From the NCBI GenBank assembly GCA_051362555.1, contig CM120646.1:21142001-21206000 (forward strand): a DNA stretch of 64,000 nucleotides. The letters run 5' to 3'. Made by a program: the position numbers and the translations under genes. The notes below the pieces were generated by a model. It was given only the letters and a program-made list of their open reading frames with translations. It was not told the DNA's origin and made no database searches. Shown here piece after piece: positions 38,058-51,600 of the stretch (within the stretch, counting starts at the first letter, position 1; the number at the start of each line of letters is the position of its first letter). This DNA is from Lingula anatina (Eukaryota; Animalia; Brachiopoda).

Positions 38058-39669
38058 CTACGAATCAGTGTCATTGTTTCTCACCATATACATCATAATC
38101 CTATCGTAGCTTGGAGGTGGGGCAGGAGCAACATCCTCATACGCGACAGGGACAACATCTTCATACGCAGGGGGAGGGGCTGTGGGCGGAGGGGGCTCGG
38201 AATCGAACACGGAATTAGCAAACGTCACGGTAACAGGGGGTGGAGGGTCAGGGTCATTATTGACTACCTGAGACACTGCATCACTATCGCTGTCAGAGGA
38301 ACCCGCCATGTTGTTTGAAATGGTGGAAACTTGTGTGCTTGAAGATGAGGGAGCTTCGTCAGCATTTGTGGACTTTTGACAACAATCTTGGAAAATAGAC
38401 AGAATCTGCGGTTTCGGGCAGTTGCAGCGGGGGAGGCGACATCTATGTTCCAGCACATTATTTCTACATCTGTGCACCTTCTCTCGGAACTTTTTGGATA
38501 TGATATACAGGAACACTACACCAAATACTGCAAAGCCGATCATTAATCCAACTTCGTTAAGATCATCACCACCATTATCCACATTTGAACTTCCACAGGT
38601 GTCTGAAAGTGGAAAAAAAACAGAAAAAACAGTGGCCAGATATTACAGGTATCTTTTTTTTTTAATTACACAGAGAATCAATGTTCACATTTTGATTTCC
38701 AGATAAGTGATGAATTCCAGTTTGTCTCTACTCATTACTGCAACCTTTTGAATGTAATTTTTCATAAAAGAAAATTAAGAAGTGAGATACTACAGCATAA
38801 AAAAAGCAATAAAAAACTTAAATAAGAAAAAATAACTTAGAAAGCTGGCAAAAAAAAAAAAATGTTTACTTTATCTTAATATTATCATTAACATCATAGA
38901 GGCTGCAAAATACTCTAAACATGTTCTTCACCATTTAATAAACACCCACCATAAGGACACTCCTGACCCACTCTCCCAAAGTAACAGTCAAGTTGCTTGG
39001 CACAATAATATGCATTCAACTCTTTGCCACTTTTACTCTGTCTACACCAGCTGCATCCCACCACAGAAAAACAGCCTCTGGAACAGTCACGGATGATATG
39101 CAGACTTTAATATAATTACTGCAATTGAATCTTTTTCTCTGAAGTTATACCTTTTTATATATATGTCTGTAACCAGCAACTTTAAAGGAGGTTCTTTTTT
39201 CGTGAAAATGTGGGCATTTTTGTCATAACAGATCAAAATTTGATTCCAAAGGTACAGTTTCTCAGTCAAAAGGGAAGGTTTGTTTGAAGGCCTCCATCAA
39301 TGCTTGCACTGTGCCAACACTTATAGCTATTACTGATATATGAAAGAAAATAATAAAAATAAAATAAAGTGTTTGACATTATTTTCTAATTGACAGAAGT
39401 CCCTAAGCTTGTCTGCGAACCCAAACGCGGCTCATTTTATCCCCTATAGACCCATATGATGAAAAAACCTACTAGGTGTTTCAAGTTTTGGAACAATTAC
39501 TGTACTCACCGCTGTGTGCTATTTAGGTGACAACTTAAAGCTTTGCAGTTCGAGAGGGACTTAATGCGTGACGACTCTCCGTGGACCAAATGGGGGATAT
39601 TGGGGAGAGCCTGAGGGCAGGGCACAGTCATATTTCTGGAAATATAATAAGAAATAGTTTGTGTGCTTT

Positions 39670-39718
<49 letters not shown>

Positions 39719-42700
39719 CAAATTATTCCATACATTTAAACTAGACCATTTTGCATACAAGATTTTTTCTTTTACTCCATTTCCTGGACAGAGTTTTTTT
39801 CATACTGTGTCTAAACATAAACAAGGCAGCAAAGCTGTCAAATATACAGACAAAAAACAGAAAATAAAGATGCAAAAAAGGTCATTTTGTTAATTTTGAT
39901 GCAATAATAAATAATGCTTATAATAGCACTGTCAGTCAACACTGAATTTTATAATCATGCACAACAGGTAAAATGGTCAATAACATGAGCGGACCCAGAG
40001 ATATTCTCTGACAGTATTCCAAAGTATCTATTTTGATCCATCCTCCATTTTGATGGTCTTCCAACAGAAGAAAAAATAGATACCAGGCAATATAAACTTA
40101 ATAACCTGACTGTCTTCCGGAAGTCCCAGAAGATGGTCTCAATCTACCCTTTCAATAAGATTACAGTTTCAGGACCATGAGAGTTCAAATTCACATGATG
40201 TAAGTCTCAATATTTGAAAAATGATGACAGTGCATAAAATAATATTACATAAGTAACATAATGTTTAAAGACATAAAAAACAATACAACTGCTTATGTGG
40301 AAAAACAGAAATGTCAGAGTCTCAGGTGGATGAGAGTTTAAAGTCACAAATGCAAGTGTTTGAGAAAAAATTATAAAGGAAAACATAAGAAAACTAGAAA
40401 AGCACTCCGAGAGTGCAGACCTCTGCCAAGGTAGCAATTGTTGATTATTATTGATTTTTGTCCTCTTTGGCCCACTTCTGACAGTTCCTGAAAATTTCAG
40501 CAAAATCGGTCCATAACTTTTTGAGTTATGTTGATGACAAACAGGGGTGAAAATATAACCTCCTTGGCAGAGGTAAATATAATTCCAATGAAGCTGCTAT
40601 TCAAACTTTTCATCTTTCAGTTTGATATATATATATATATATATATAACTTATTTGCAATATTAAACAAAATTTACCTGCATAATTATCACTGCTTCCTT
40701 ATTATTAATCTAGCAGAGAGCTTAACCTATGGGAGTTTACAGGGAAATATCAACAAGTGTGCTTTATGTAATCTCAAATCACAAGTGTGCTTTATGTAGC
40801 CTATCAATTAGGCAAATTAGTTTATAACTGAAATTAGCGAAGTGATACCCAAGGGAAATTTATAGACTGACCCTCTCAAAGGTCTTTCAGGCCCATAAGT
40901 CACAACTTAAGAAGAGCACAAAACAATAATGCACAAAATAGGAGACTACCACTTCTGATGCAATAATACATTATGTTTAACTGCACAGTCAACATCAAAT
41001 TTTAATTTTGCACAACAGGTAACACCGATGAAAGTAAAAGCATAAGGCTTCAGGCCCATCAGAGTTCAAGTTTATACTTAGAAAGTGCCAGAATGAGAAA
41101 AATGAAATTTCACACAAAATTGCATTAAATTCAATAATAAATGATAACCCATTTGACCTGGCTTTCTAATTTGAACTGCATGCCAATCCTAAAAATCATA
41201 CTCTTAAGTTAAATATAATAATAAATAACACAGTTTTCTTTTCATAATGTTTGCAGTAGCAGTGCAAAAAGATTATTGTCAATTTTGATGTAACATTACA
41301 TAATAAATTATAGAATAATTATCACCAATTTTTGATTATTGACTATAAATAGCATGAACATGTAGAAAATTTGATTACCATCCGGCTTCATGTCCATGGG
41401 AGCTCCGAGTCCCACAATGAATATGCCAAAAAGATAATGAATATTTCACTAAAATGTATAACTTCCAGAAAAAGAAGCCCATTAGACTGCTTTTCCAACT
41501 TGGGCTGCATTTTAGTCCTGTGTTTCTTTTTTGAAAGTTTGACAATCATAAGTAACACGGTTTTCCCATCATGGTCATCATGGCAGATGTGGATGATTGA
41601 ATCTGACAAACTGCAATGATATGAGTTTATTTCCGTTTTGGACACTTGATTACACAATACATGATAACAAGTTTACCATCATTTTTACATAATCAACTAA
41701 CAATGTTGTAAAGATGCAGGAAATATCAAACACACACTTTTACGTATCTTATTAGTTCAATAATGAGACTGTTAACATGCCTAAGAATTGAATCTGAGGA
41801 AATTTGAAAAAACAGTACAACTTCTAAAATAATGGCCCGATAACACTGATTTTCGAACTCAACCTGCACTTTTGTAAGATTGACCACTCCTGTGATTATA
41901 ATGACAATTGGCTAAGCTGTTTTTCTTATATTGTGTTATTAATGTTGCATATATGTTGAAAAAAGTGAAAAAAACAGCATAAAAAATACCAATAAAGCTG
42001 CTATTCAAACTTTTAATCTAGCTGTACAATTACTAACATGATATGAATAACCCTATTGAGTTTGAGAATAATAAGGCACTGTTATTCATCTTTAGCATTA
42101 ATGTAAGCGTTACACAAATTTTTTTTTGTAAACTTATTTTCCATATTAAATAACATTTACCTGCATAATAATCATCGATTCCTAATTATGTGACACAGTT
42201 AAGAAAGCTAAACCGATGGGACTTTACAAAGAAATCTCAATGTGTGTTTATGTAATCTCATTTAATACCCACTTGAAATTTAATTAAGCAAATTATTTTA
42301 TAACCCTGAAATAACTTGAAAATCAATTAAGCAAATTATTTTATAACTGCCTACTATCCATATACATTTATTGCACCAAATAGCACTGTACTGCATTGCT
42401 TTCAAAACAGAAAACAATTACGATGGTTTTCCAACACAAGCTGCACTTCAGTCTTTTCAGTAAGGTTGATTATCATAAGTAACATGGTTTTCCCTTAATC
42501 GCTATCCTGGCAGCAGTGTCCAAAATAGGGTTTTCTTTAACTTTCATGCAATATAACATAATACTTAACAGCATAATGACCATCAAATTTTTTATAAAAA
42601 AATAAAAGTATCATGGATATTCAGAAAATGTGATATGGAAAGGTCTCCAAGGACATGGAAGTTAGGGTCACACTTTCAAAATGCCAAAATGTTAACAAGA

Positions 42701-45591
42701 GATAACTGTACTGAAATGATTTTCTTTCCATTTTCAACACCTTTTTTACATAAAACCATCATCAATTAACTGTCATTTTTAAATGATCAACTAGGAAAAT
42801 TGTTGACATAGGAAAAATATCAATAGAACAATTTATAATGTCCAATTAGCTGCATTTGGAGATTCTGAACATAGTGAATGATTGAATCTGACGAACTGCA
42901 ATGATGAGTTCCTTTCCATTTTTGATACTTTATTACACAATGCAGGATAATAGGTTTACCGTCATTTTTATATAATCAACTAACAATATTGTTAAGAAGC
43001 AGAAAATGTTAAAACAACACTTTAACATATCCAATTAGTACCGTTATGAGACTGTTAACATGCTTAAGAATTAAATCTGAAGAAAAACCACTTATATACA
43101 AAAAGGCTAATAACTTCATCAAAACTTAAAGCAATAATAACTCTTCCTTTGAGATTCAAAATTCCGCATGAAATACATTGTAAACAACGCATGGAAATAT
43201 ATTCTATTGTATTTTACCACTAAAACGGCCGTTATTGTAGTAAAACTAAAATCTGTGCTTGTCAATAGGGCTTTCGAAGCTTTCATCAAGGCATTCGTTG
43301 CTAATGACGTAATGGTGTCACGCGGACTCTCGCGTTCATTCGAGACCAAAATAACATATGGCGCCAAACGCATTAATGCGGACGCAGACGTAAGTTGCGA
43401 GTTTTTGTACAGTGCGTCGGATAACAAAAAGCCCAGAACGGCACACATTGTGGATATTAATGCATTTTTAACAAAAAGACGAATATATCTCATGAATCTT
43501 ATATAGTGTTGTTGTTGTCTGCTTTTCCCGCGGTTTTAAGTAGGTCAACAGTGACTATGCGATGCCAGAGAGAGAGCTCCGTCAGTTAAAATCTCTTAAG
43601 AGATTTTAACAAAAACCGTACGTTTAGGAAAAAAACCCTGGATTAACTTTGAATGCAGGAATGGGGTCGCTGACCATTGGTAAGTACGGGAAAATTGCCG
43701 TTTACTCCAGGAAAATCCAATTTTTGGCCAAAATGAAGAGTTATTATGACTTTAACTGATCAAGCTTATTTTCAAACTTGATCTGTATACTGGTCAGATT
43801 GATCACTCCTGTGAGTTGCAAGACAAAAGGCTGATGGTTTTCCTTAAAATGCGTTATCAGTGTTGCATGTATGCTGAATAAAGGGAAAAAAACAGCATTA
43901 CTTTTGTAAAAATAGTCCAATCATGCCAATTTTCAAACTTGACCTGCGTATTATAAATATTCACCAGTTCTGTAAATTTCAATCCAAGGAAAGGAAAAAC
44001 ATTTTTACACTTATCATGTTATCGGTGTTATAAAAGTGCTGAAAAAATTGAAAAAAAAAAAAAAAAAAAAAAACAGGATAACTTCCATAAAAATTGCCCG
44101 ATCTTGCTGATTTTCAAACTTGACCTGCGTATTATGAATATTCATTAGTTCTGTAAGTTTCAAGCCAAATGAAAAAACAGTTTTCCACTTATTGTGTTAT
44201 CAGTGCTGCATATATGCTGAAAAAAGTGAAAAAACAGCATAAATTCCCTAACAATAATCGAATCATGCTGATTTTCGAACTTGACTTGCGTATTATGAAT
44301 ATTTATCAGTTCTGCAAGTTTCAAGCCAAAAGGTAAATTGGTTTTCCACTTATGGTGTTATCGGTGCTGCATATATGCTGAAAAAAAGTGAAAAAACAGC
44401 ATAAATTCCCTAAAAATGACCCAATCATGCTGATTTTCGAACTTGACCTGTGTATTATGAATATTAATCAGTTTTGTAAGTTTCAAGCCAAAAGGTAGAA
44501 TGGTTTTCCACTTATCGTGTTATCAGGGTTGCATATATGCTGAAAAAAGTGAAAAAACAGCATAAATTCCCTAAAAATGACCCGATCATGCTGATTTTCG
44601 AACTTGACCTGCGTATTATGAATATTCATCAGTTCTGTAACTTTCAAGCCAAAAGGTAAAATGGTTTTTCACTTATCGTGTTATCGGTGCTGCATATATG
44701 CTGAAAAAAGTGAAAAAACAGCATAAATTCCCTAAAAATGACCCGATCATGCTGATTTTCGAACTTGACCTGCGTATTATGAATATTCATCAGTTCTGTA
44801 AGTTTCAAGCCAAAAGGTAACATGGTTTTCCACTTATCGTGTTATCGGTGCTGCATATATGTTGAAAAAGTGAAAAAACAGCATAAATTCCCTAAGAGTG
44901 ACCCGATCATGCTGATTTTCGAACTTGACCTGCGTCTTATGAATATTCATCAGTTCTGCAAGTTTCAAATCAAAAGGCAAAATGGTTTTCAACTTATCGT
45001 GTTATCGGTAAAAGTGCACGGCGACGGCGACGACGGCGACGACAGCGACGACGGCGACAGACGCAGATGATGGCTATATGTACAGACACATCTGTGTCTG
45101 TACATAAAAAGGGAAGAATTTTTTACAACAGACAAACAGCAGACTTACTCTGGTGTAGAAAACTGTAGTCTGCAGCTGTTGTAGTCACTGGAGTTCTTAT
45201 AGCACGGGCATTCACACTCCCTGGCTAATGCTCCACACTGGGAATCATAGGATGGTGAGTCACTAGTCTGAATACAACAGAAAATGAGGTACATGTATGT
45301 TATACATTTTATCTTATTTATTTACTTTATTTCAATTTACTTTGTTTTTTTTCCTACTTTGCAATTTTATTTTCTCTTATATTTCATGTTTAACTCAAAA
45401 TTTTAGTGGAAATTTGTATATTATGTAAATTGGATGGACAGTCAATTCATATGCAATAAAATCTGTCAAAGTGCTAATTGTACACTTAATTGAAAATCAA
45501 CACAGTCACACAAAGTTTTTAAAAAAGAAAAATTGTCAATAAATGTAACCAGAAAAGCTTTAAAAGCGCAAAGCAAAAATCTTGTAAAATA

Positions 45592-45622
<31 letters not shown>

Positions 45623-48600
45623 ATGGCCAGTGTTACAGGACTGGCCAAAAGTTATGTACAGATCAGTTCTACTTACACATTTACAGGGTGTGGTGTTCAG
45701 CTTCCGTCTTGTGATCACCAGGTAAACGTTACTGTTGGACACTGAGTGGAGCTCATACTGCAGACCAATGGCCATGTTGTCAATTCCACTGCCAGGTACT
45801 GCTGTAACCTATGAGCATACACACAAAGGACATTTATACATTAAGTGGTATACTCAAGTGACACAGTAAGTGATATACCAGTTAACTATAAGAGATTCAC
45901 ATCTTAATAGCATGGGTATCCTGTAGAGAGAGCCACCTAAACAGCAGGTGCGGATCCAGAGATATTTTCTGACAGTCTTCCAAATTATCTTTGTTGATCC
46001 ATCCTCCATTTTTGACCATCTTCAGACTTAAAAAAATTAGATACCAGTCTATGTAAACTTTAAAATCTGACCGTGTTCCAGAAGACCCAGAAGATGGCCT
46101 TAATCCGCTCCTGGATAGAGCCTATGTGGAGAACTTGTTAAAGGGAGTTTACACTTCTGTAGCATAAGACCTCTCAAAGTACTACTGTTCTCTTTATAAA
46201 CAATTAACTTTTTTTATCAACATTAAACAAAAAACAATGAAAAATAATTTCATCATTAAGTAAAGATGGTGGACAAATTTAAAAATAAAAATTCAAATCA
46301 TGCAGTGACACAACAAATTTACTAGATTTTAAAGACACTGACTAATTCAGTGTTTGAAGCAAAGTGAAAAGTGCATGTGTGAAATAATAATAAATTCTAG
46401 ATAAATACCTTCCAATAGAAGTGTTCCCTCTCTTTCTTATACTCTATGCAGCTCTCTCTCACTAACACCCCCTTTGCTACCAGATCTCTGCCTATAGCTG
46501 GTTCCTGAACAATGCATAGTGAATATGTAAAAAGGCTTTATTATACACAATTGGGGGAAATTATTAGACATCTAGCTCACAGACATACATACTTACACCT
46601 CATTTATCTTAAACATGATTATGGCATTTGAATCATATGGAGCATTTGAATAACATTAAGAAAAAAAACAGCTATTTTTATGACCTCACCTTACTGAAAA
46701 TGTGGACCTTCTCAATATTTGGACTGTCAGACACTTCTACAAAACTATCATGGACGACTAAGTATCCACTGCTGTCTATCATAAAGCACCTGTAATGACA
46801 TAATCTAGATCTAAAAGGTTTGAAATTACAAATTTGATTTCATGTAGTATCTGCACCTATTGACCAGAGCTTGCATGCACTGAGGCAGGTCACAGGAGAA
46901 TTTCACCTCCCAAAGTTTGCCAAAATGTGAGATTTTTACCCATTGGGACAGTGCAAAAAATTATTGGTGAGTGTATAAACTAACTATTGGGTGATAAACT
47001 TGAAAAAATACAAATGGACACATTCAAGTTCAGTAGTATCTACTGGCATATCTCTGCCAGTTTTGGAGATATTAGGGGTAGAAAATGTACAAAAAGCAAT
47101 TCATCATGAAAAGTAGATCAGGGTCAATTTCAAGGTCATAGATTGCCAGTTCATGACTTCCTATTCAAGTTCAACAGTAACTATGGGCGTATCTCTTCCA
47201 GTTTTGCAGATATAAGGGACAAAAAAATTTACAAAAAAAACAGTTCATCATAAAAAGTAGGTCAAAGATCACTTTCAAAGTCACAGTCAGATTGACAGTA
47301 CACGACTTCCTATTCAAGTTCAGTGGGAACTATGGTTGTATCTCTGCTAATTATTTCACACATTTTTTACCACTGGATATTGTAATGTTGAACTTTTATA
47401 TATAGTGCAACCTGTAAACCATATGGAAAACAAAAAATGGACACCACCGATAGTGTTGCCCTTGACAAGCTCTATAAAGTGCAAAAAACAAGAAATCTCT
47501 AGCATTAACGGTTCCAGAATTGGAGAGTTTTCAGTTTGGCACCTAATGGCTGCTTCTCCCATGAAAATGCACTGATTGACCCCAAACTCATGAAGATGAA
47601 TGATGACCATAAGTGTAACACTTGACCATAATATTGTAGGCTAGGTCTGCATGTGTAGTTTCTGAAATCAGTGCAAATATTTTTTTTGCAAAAATTTCCC
47701 ATCTTTTAGAAAATTTTGGCCCGTTTGACCTTGAGTGCAGTGACAAAACCAGAAATTCACATGGATCGAGTTGAGATTTTTCCTACATACAAGAGATGGA
47801 TACATGGGCTCTTGTAGTCTAGGAGGAGAAGCAGTAACGGTGACATGGCAGCTGATGATACCAGTCAGGACTAAAACCATGTATACCACCAGCATCGTGC
47901 TGAATTTTTGGGGAAAATGTAAGCCACCTTGTTGATTTTGACATTCAGATAAATGCACTAATACTGCGGCATATTCATAATAAAAATTCCAAGTAGTCTC
48001 AAATGCAAGTAGTGTGAGTGTGTATGTACATGTACATAAACACTTAATCATTGTGGAACAGAAACAGATTATAGCAAATCATCCTTGTCTGTCAGGAAAA
48101 TGATCTTATTTCTGAACACTGATGCTCATTGAGGACATGTGGCAGTTTTCTGTCACAATGTGGGTGCCCTATGGTATATATTGCATGTATGTACTCATCC
48201 TTTATTTTCTCAATGCTCATGTATCATTGGATGTTACAAATGTCTTAACTTGGAAGCCAATTTATTACAACCAATTGTTCTGTTCAGTATGTGATTGTAC
48301 GAGATTGACTGCTCTCTTGCGAAAAAGAAGTTCTTTGATTGGACAACTGAATATAGTGATGGCAGACATTCATGAGTTGTGCTGAGATCTTGCAGGGTAT
48401 TTAGTAACAGCACCAGAAGGCAAAGCCTCATTTGATAGGGTGGTAATACCCATGCAATTTTTGTTTAATCAAAGAATTTACAAGCCTGAAGATAGCACAA
48501 GAGCAAACCATGCTAAATGATTATAACAAGACATATCTGGAATCCACTGAAGGCTTTTCTCTCATCAATGAGTCAGGCTTTCAAACAGAACTTCTACAGA

Positions 48601-51600
48601 ATGGCACACAAACTTTTTCTATGGAAAGTGTCTCAGTTCCACTCCGTGTTTTTATTCTCACACTGAAGGGAATCTTTGTAATTTTGGGAGCCGTGGGCAA
48701 CACATCCATTGTGGCGGCCATACTGCAAATGCCAAAGTTCCACAAGTCTGCTTACTACATCCTAATCTGCAGTCTCACCTTCAACAACGCCATGGTATCC
48801 TTCCTGGAGACATTTCCACAAGTTCTGGCATTTACCATTCCAGACTGGGACATAGGAGAGAGACTCTGTACCTTCTCCTTCTATGTAAAGCTGCCCCTGC
48901 TCACGACGTCTGCTTTACTATTGGCTCTAATTGGATTTCAGCGTTGTATCCTAATTTCCAGCAAACCAGGTGATGCATTGGCAAATAAATTAAAATCGCC
49001 AAAATACATAGGGGGACTTATTGCTTTGGCATGGTTGTTACCCATGCTTTTTATAATTCAAACAACTTTTGTGTGCAGGGGAAAGGTTATACTTTATAAC
49101 CCAGAAAGCCTATTATGTATGTATGATATCAGGAAAAAGCCCTGTCATTCAATGGCCATCTTTATGGCCTTACATGTAGCAGCATCAGTCATCATGTTGG
49201 TTTGTGATTGTGCAATTGTCTATAAGATGAAAAGATTGAAGGCAATAGTTGCTTCAGCAACTTCCACAGAGAACTTGCCACCGCAGCAGCAGCAGCAGTC
49301 ATTTCTTGCTAAAACTGAACTTCAGCTTACCAAAACCATGTTTCTCTTGATGCTGAACAGCTTTCTTTGCAACCTTGCTCCAAGTTTTGTGTCGAGCCTC
49401 ATATCCATTGGTCCGGAAGCGTATATTGTTGCCTCATCACTTTTTCAGCTCGCGCGATCAGTGGACCCCATCATATTGTATGGCAAAAACACAGCACTCA
49501 GAGAAGCAATTCACGCAATGTTTAAATCTTGTTTCTGCAAAGCATGATTGTCTTAAAAATAAGCCCAATAGGCTATGTAAAGACCATTGGCAAATCTGAA
49601 ACTTTGCCAGGGATGTAATCTTGAAGCTTTATCAAGAGGTACGTAACTAATGTGTTTCATGATCAAACATAAGAAGTGTTGGAAAGGTGAGAATCAATTG
49701 AGAGATCAAATTATGATTACCTAGTTTATTTTTATTATCATTAGTTATAATGTTCTTGTTAATCAGTTATTCCTTATTAATTCAGATCACAATTCATCCA
49801 GTACACAGTACAATATCCATCTATTGTAAAAGTGCACATGCACTGTTATTTTGTCATTTACTATGTTATTTCCATTAGGTAATTCTCCCAATCTGGGGTT
49901 TTCTCTCCTATTGTACTTATGTGTCACATTATAACCATTACCACTGTTATCAAATTCACTGAAGAAAGCCAACCAATGTTTAAACTGTACAATCTCTTTG
50001 TTAACTGTCAGATTGTTTTAATATTAAAATATTGTAAGGACTAGGTGATAAAATGCATGCAGTAATCATTGATAGATAAATGAAGAACATGTAATTATCA
50101 ATATACATATTGTGGCGAGTTCAAAAATGCCATAATCTGCTCTTCTAAAGAACATATGGACTCTACAGAGCAGGGTCAGTGACCCTAAGTCAGGCAGCTA
50201 TGCAGCAATTTAAAACAACATGTACTGGAAAAGCAGTGTGGTCAGTCTTCAATGTCCAGATCCAGCGTGTCATTCAATATTCCCGTCAAACTTAACATAT
50301 GGATATTGTACTACTTCTCTAATGTTATGCTTTACTTGTTTACTATTCTTTTTATAACAAATTGTAAAATTAGTTTTTTTTAACAGAGCCTGTAAAACAT
50401 GCTGGATTCGGACACAAAATGTAACTGTAGAACATCGTGTGTTCAAATTATATCATATACTTCTATGTTATACTGTATATTAAAGAGCCACTTGGATTGG
50501 ATTTTTTATTCCATTTTTACTTCAATTTTTATGTACAGACACAGATGTGCTGTCACCTGTGTCTGCCATCACCGAGCCCTTTCAATGATAACATGATTAG
50601 TGAAAAACCGTTTTACCTTTTGCTTTTAAACTTAAGAACTGATTAACAATCATCAAATACAGATAGAGTTCAAAAATCAGCTTGATCAGACTATTTTTAC
50701 AAATTAAAGTTACCTTTTTTCCCTTTTTTCAGCATATGTGCAACACTGATAACACATCAAGAAAAACCAATAGGCCTATTGTCTTGAAACTCATAGGAGT
50801 GATCAATCTCACTGTTATACAGATCAAGTTCAAAAATTAGCTTATCGGTTCAGTAAAGTTATGCCTTTTTTTGTATATAAGTGTTTTTTCCTCAATTTTC
50901 ATTCTTAGGCATGGTAACAGTTTCATTATTGAACTAATTAGATAAACAAGGCAGCAAAGCTGTCAAATGTACAGACAAAAAACAGAAAATAAAGATGCAA
51001 AAAAGGTCATTTTGTCAATTTTGATGCAATAATAAATAATGCTTATAATAGCACTGTCAGTCAACACTGAATTTTAATCTTGCACAACAGGTAACATGGT
51101 CAATAACAGAAGCGGACCCAGAGATATTTTCTGACAGTATTACAAAGTATCTATGTTGATCCATCCTCCATTTTGATGGTCTTCCAACAGAAAAAAATAG
51201 ATACCAGTCAATATAAACTTAATAACCTGACTGTCTTCCGGAAGACCCAGAAGATGGTCTCAATCCACCCCTTCAATAAGATTACAGTTTCAGGACCATC
51301 TCCATTCCAATCCGTGTTTTTATTCTCACACTGAAGGGAATCTTTGTAATTCTAGGAGCCGTGGGCAACACATCGATTGTGGCAGCCATATTGAAAATGC
51401 CAAAGTTTCGCCAAAATACATAGGGGGACTTATTGCTTTGGCATGGTCGTTACCCATGCTTATTACAATTCAAACAGCTTTTGTGTGCAGGGAAAAGGTT
51501 ACATATTATAACCCCAAAAACTTATTATGTATGTATATCAAAAAAAGGTACTGTGATTCAATGGCAGTCTTCATGGCCTTATATGTGGCAGCATCAGTCA

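Noticed and set aside
43119-43506. Overlapping 124-aa and 112-aa ORFs
   Set aside because: No domain or splice context; lie in repeat-rich intron sequence next to the Helentron-type array.
43725-45008. Regular repeat array considered as CRISPR
   Set aside because: Whole 161-bp units repeat with no unique spacers, no cas genes, eukaryotic context.
49420-49485. GPCR as a possible opsin
   Set aside because: Position 7.43 is Gln, not the retinal-binding Lys.
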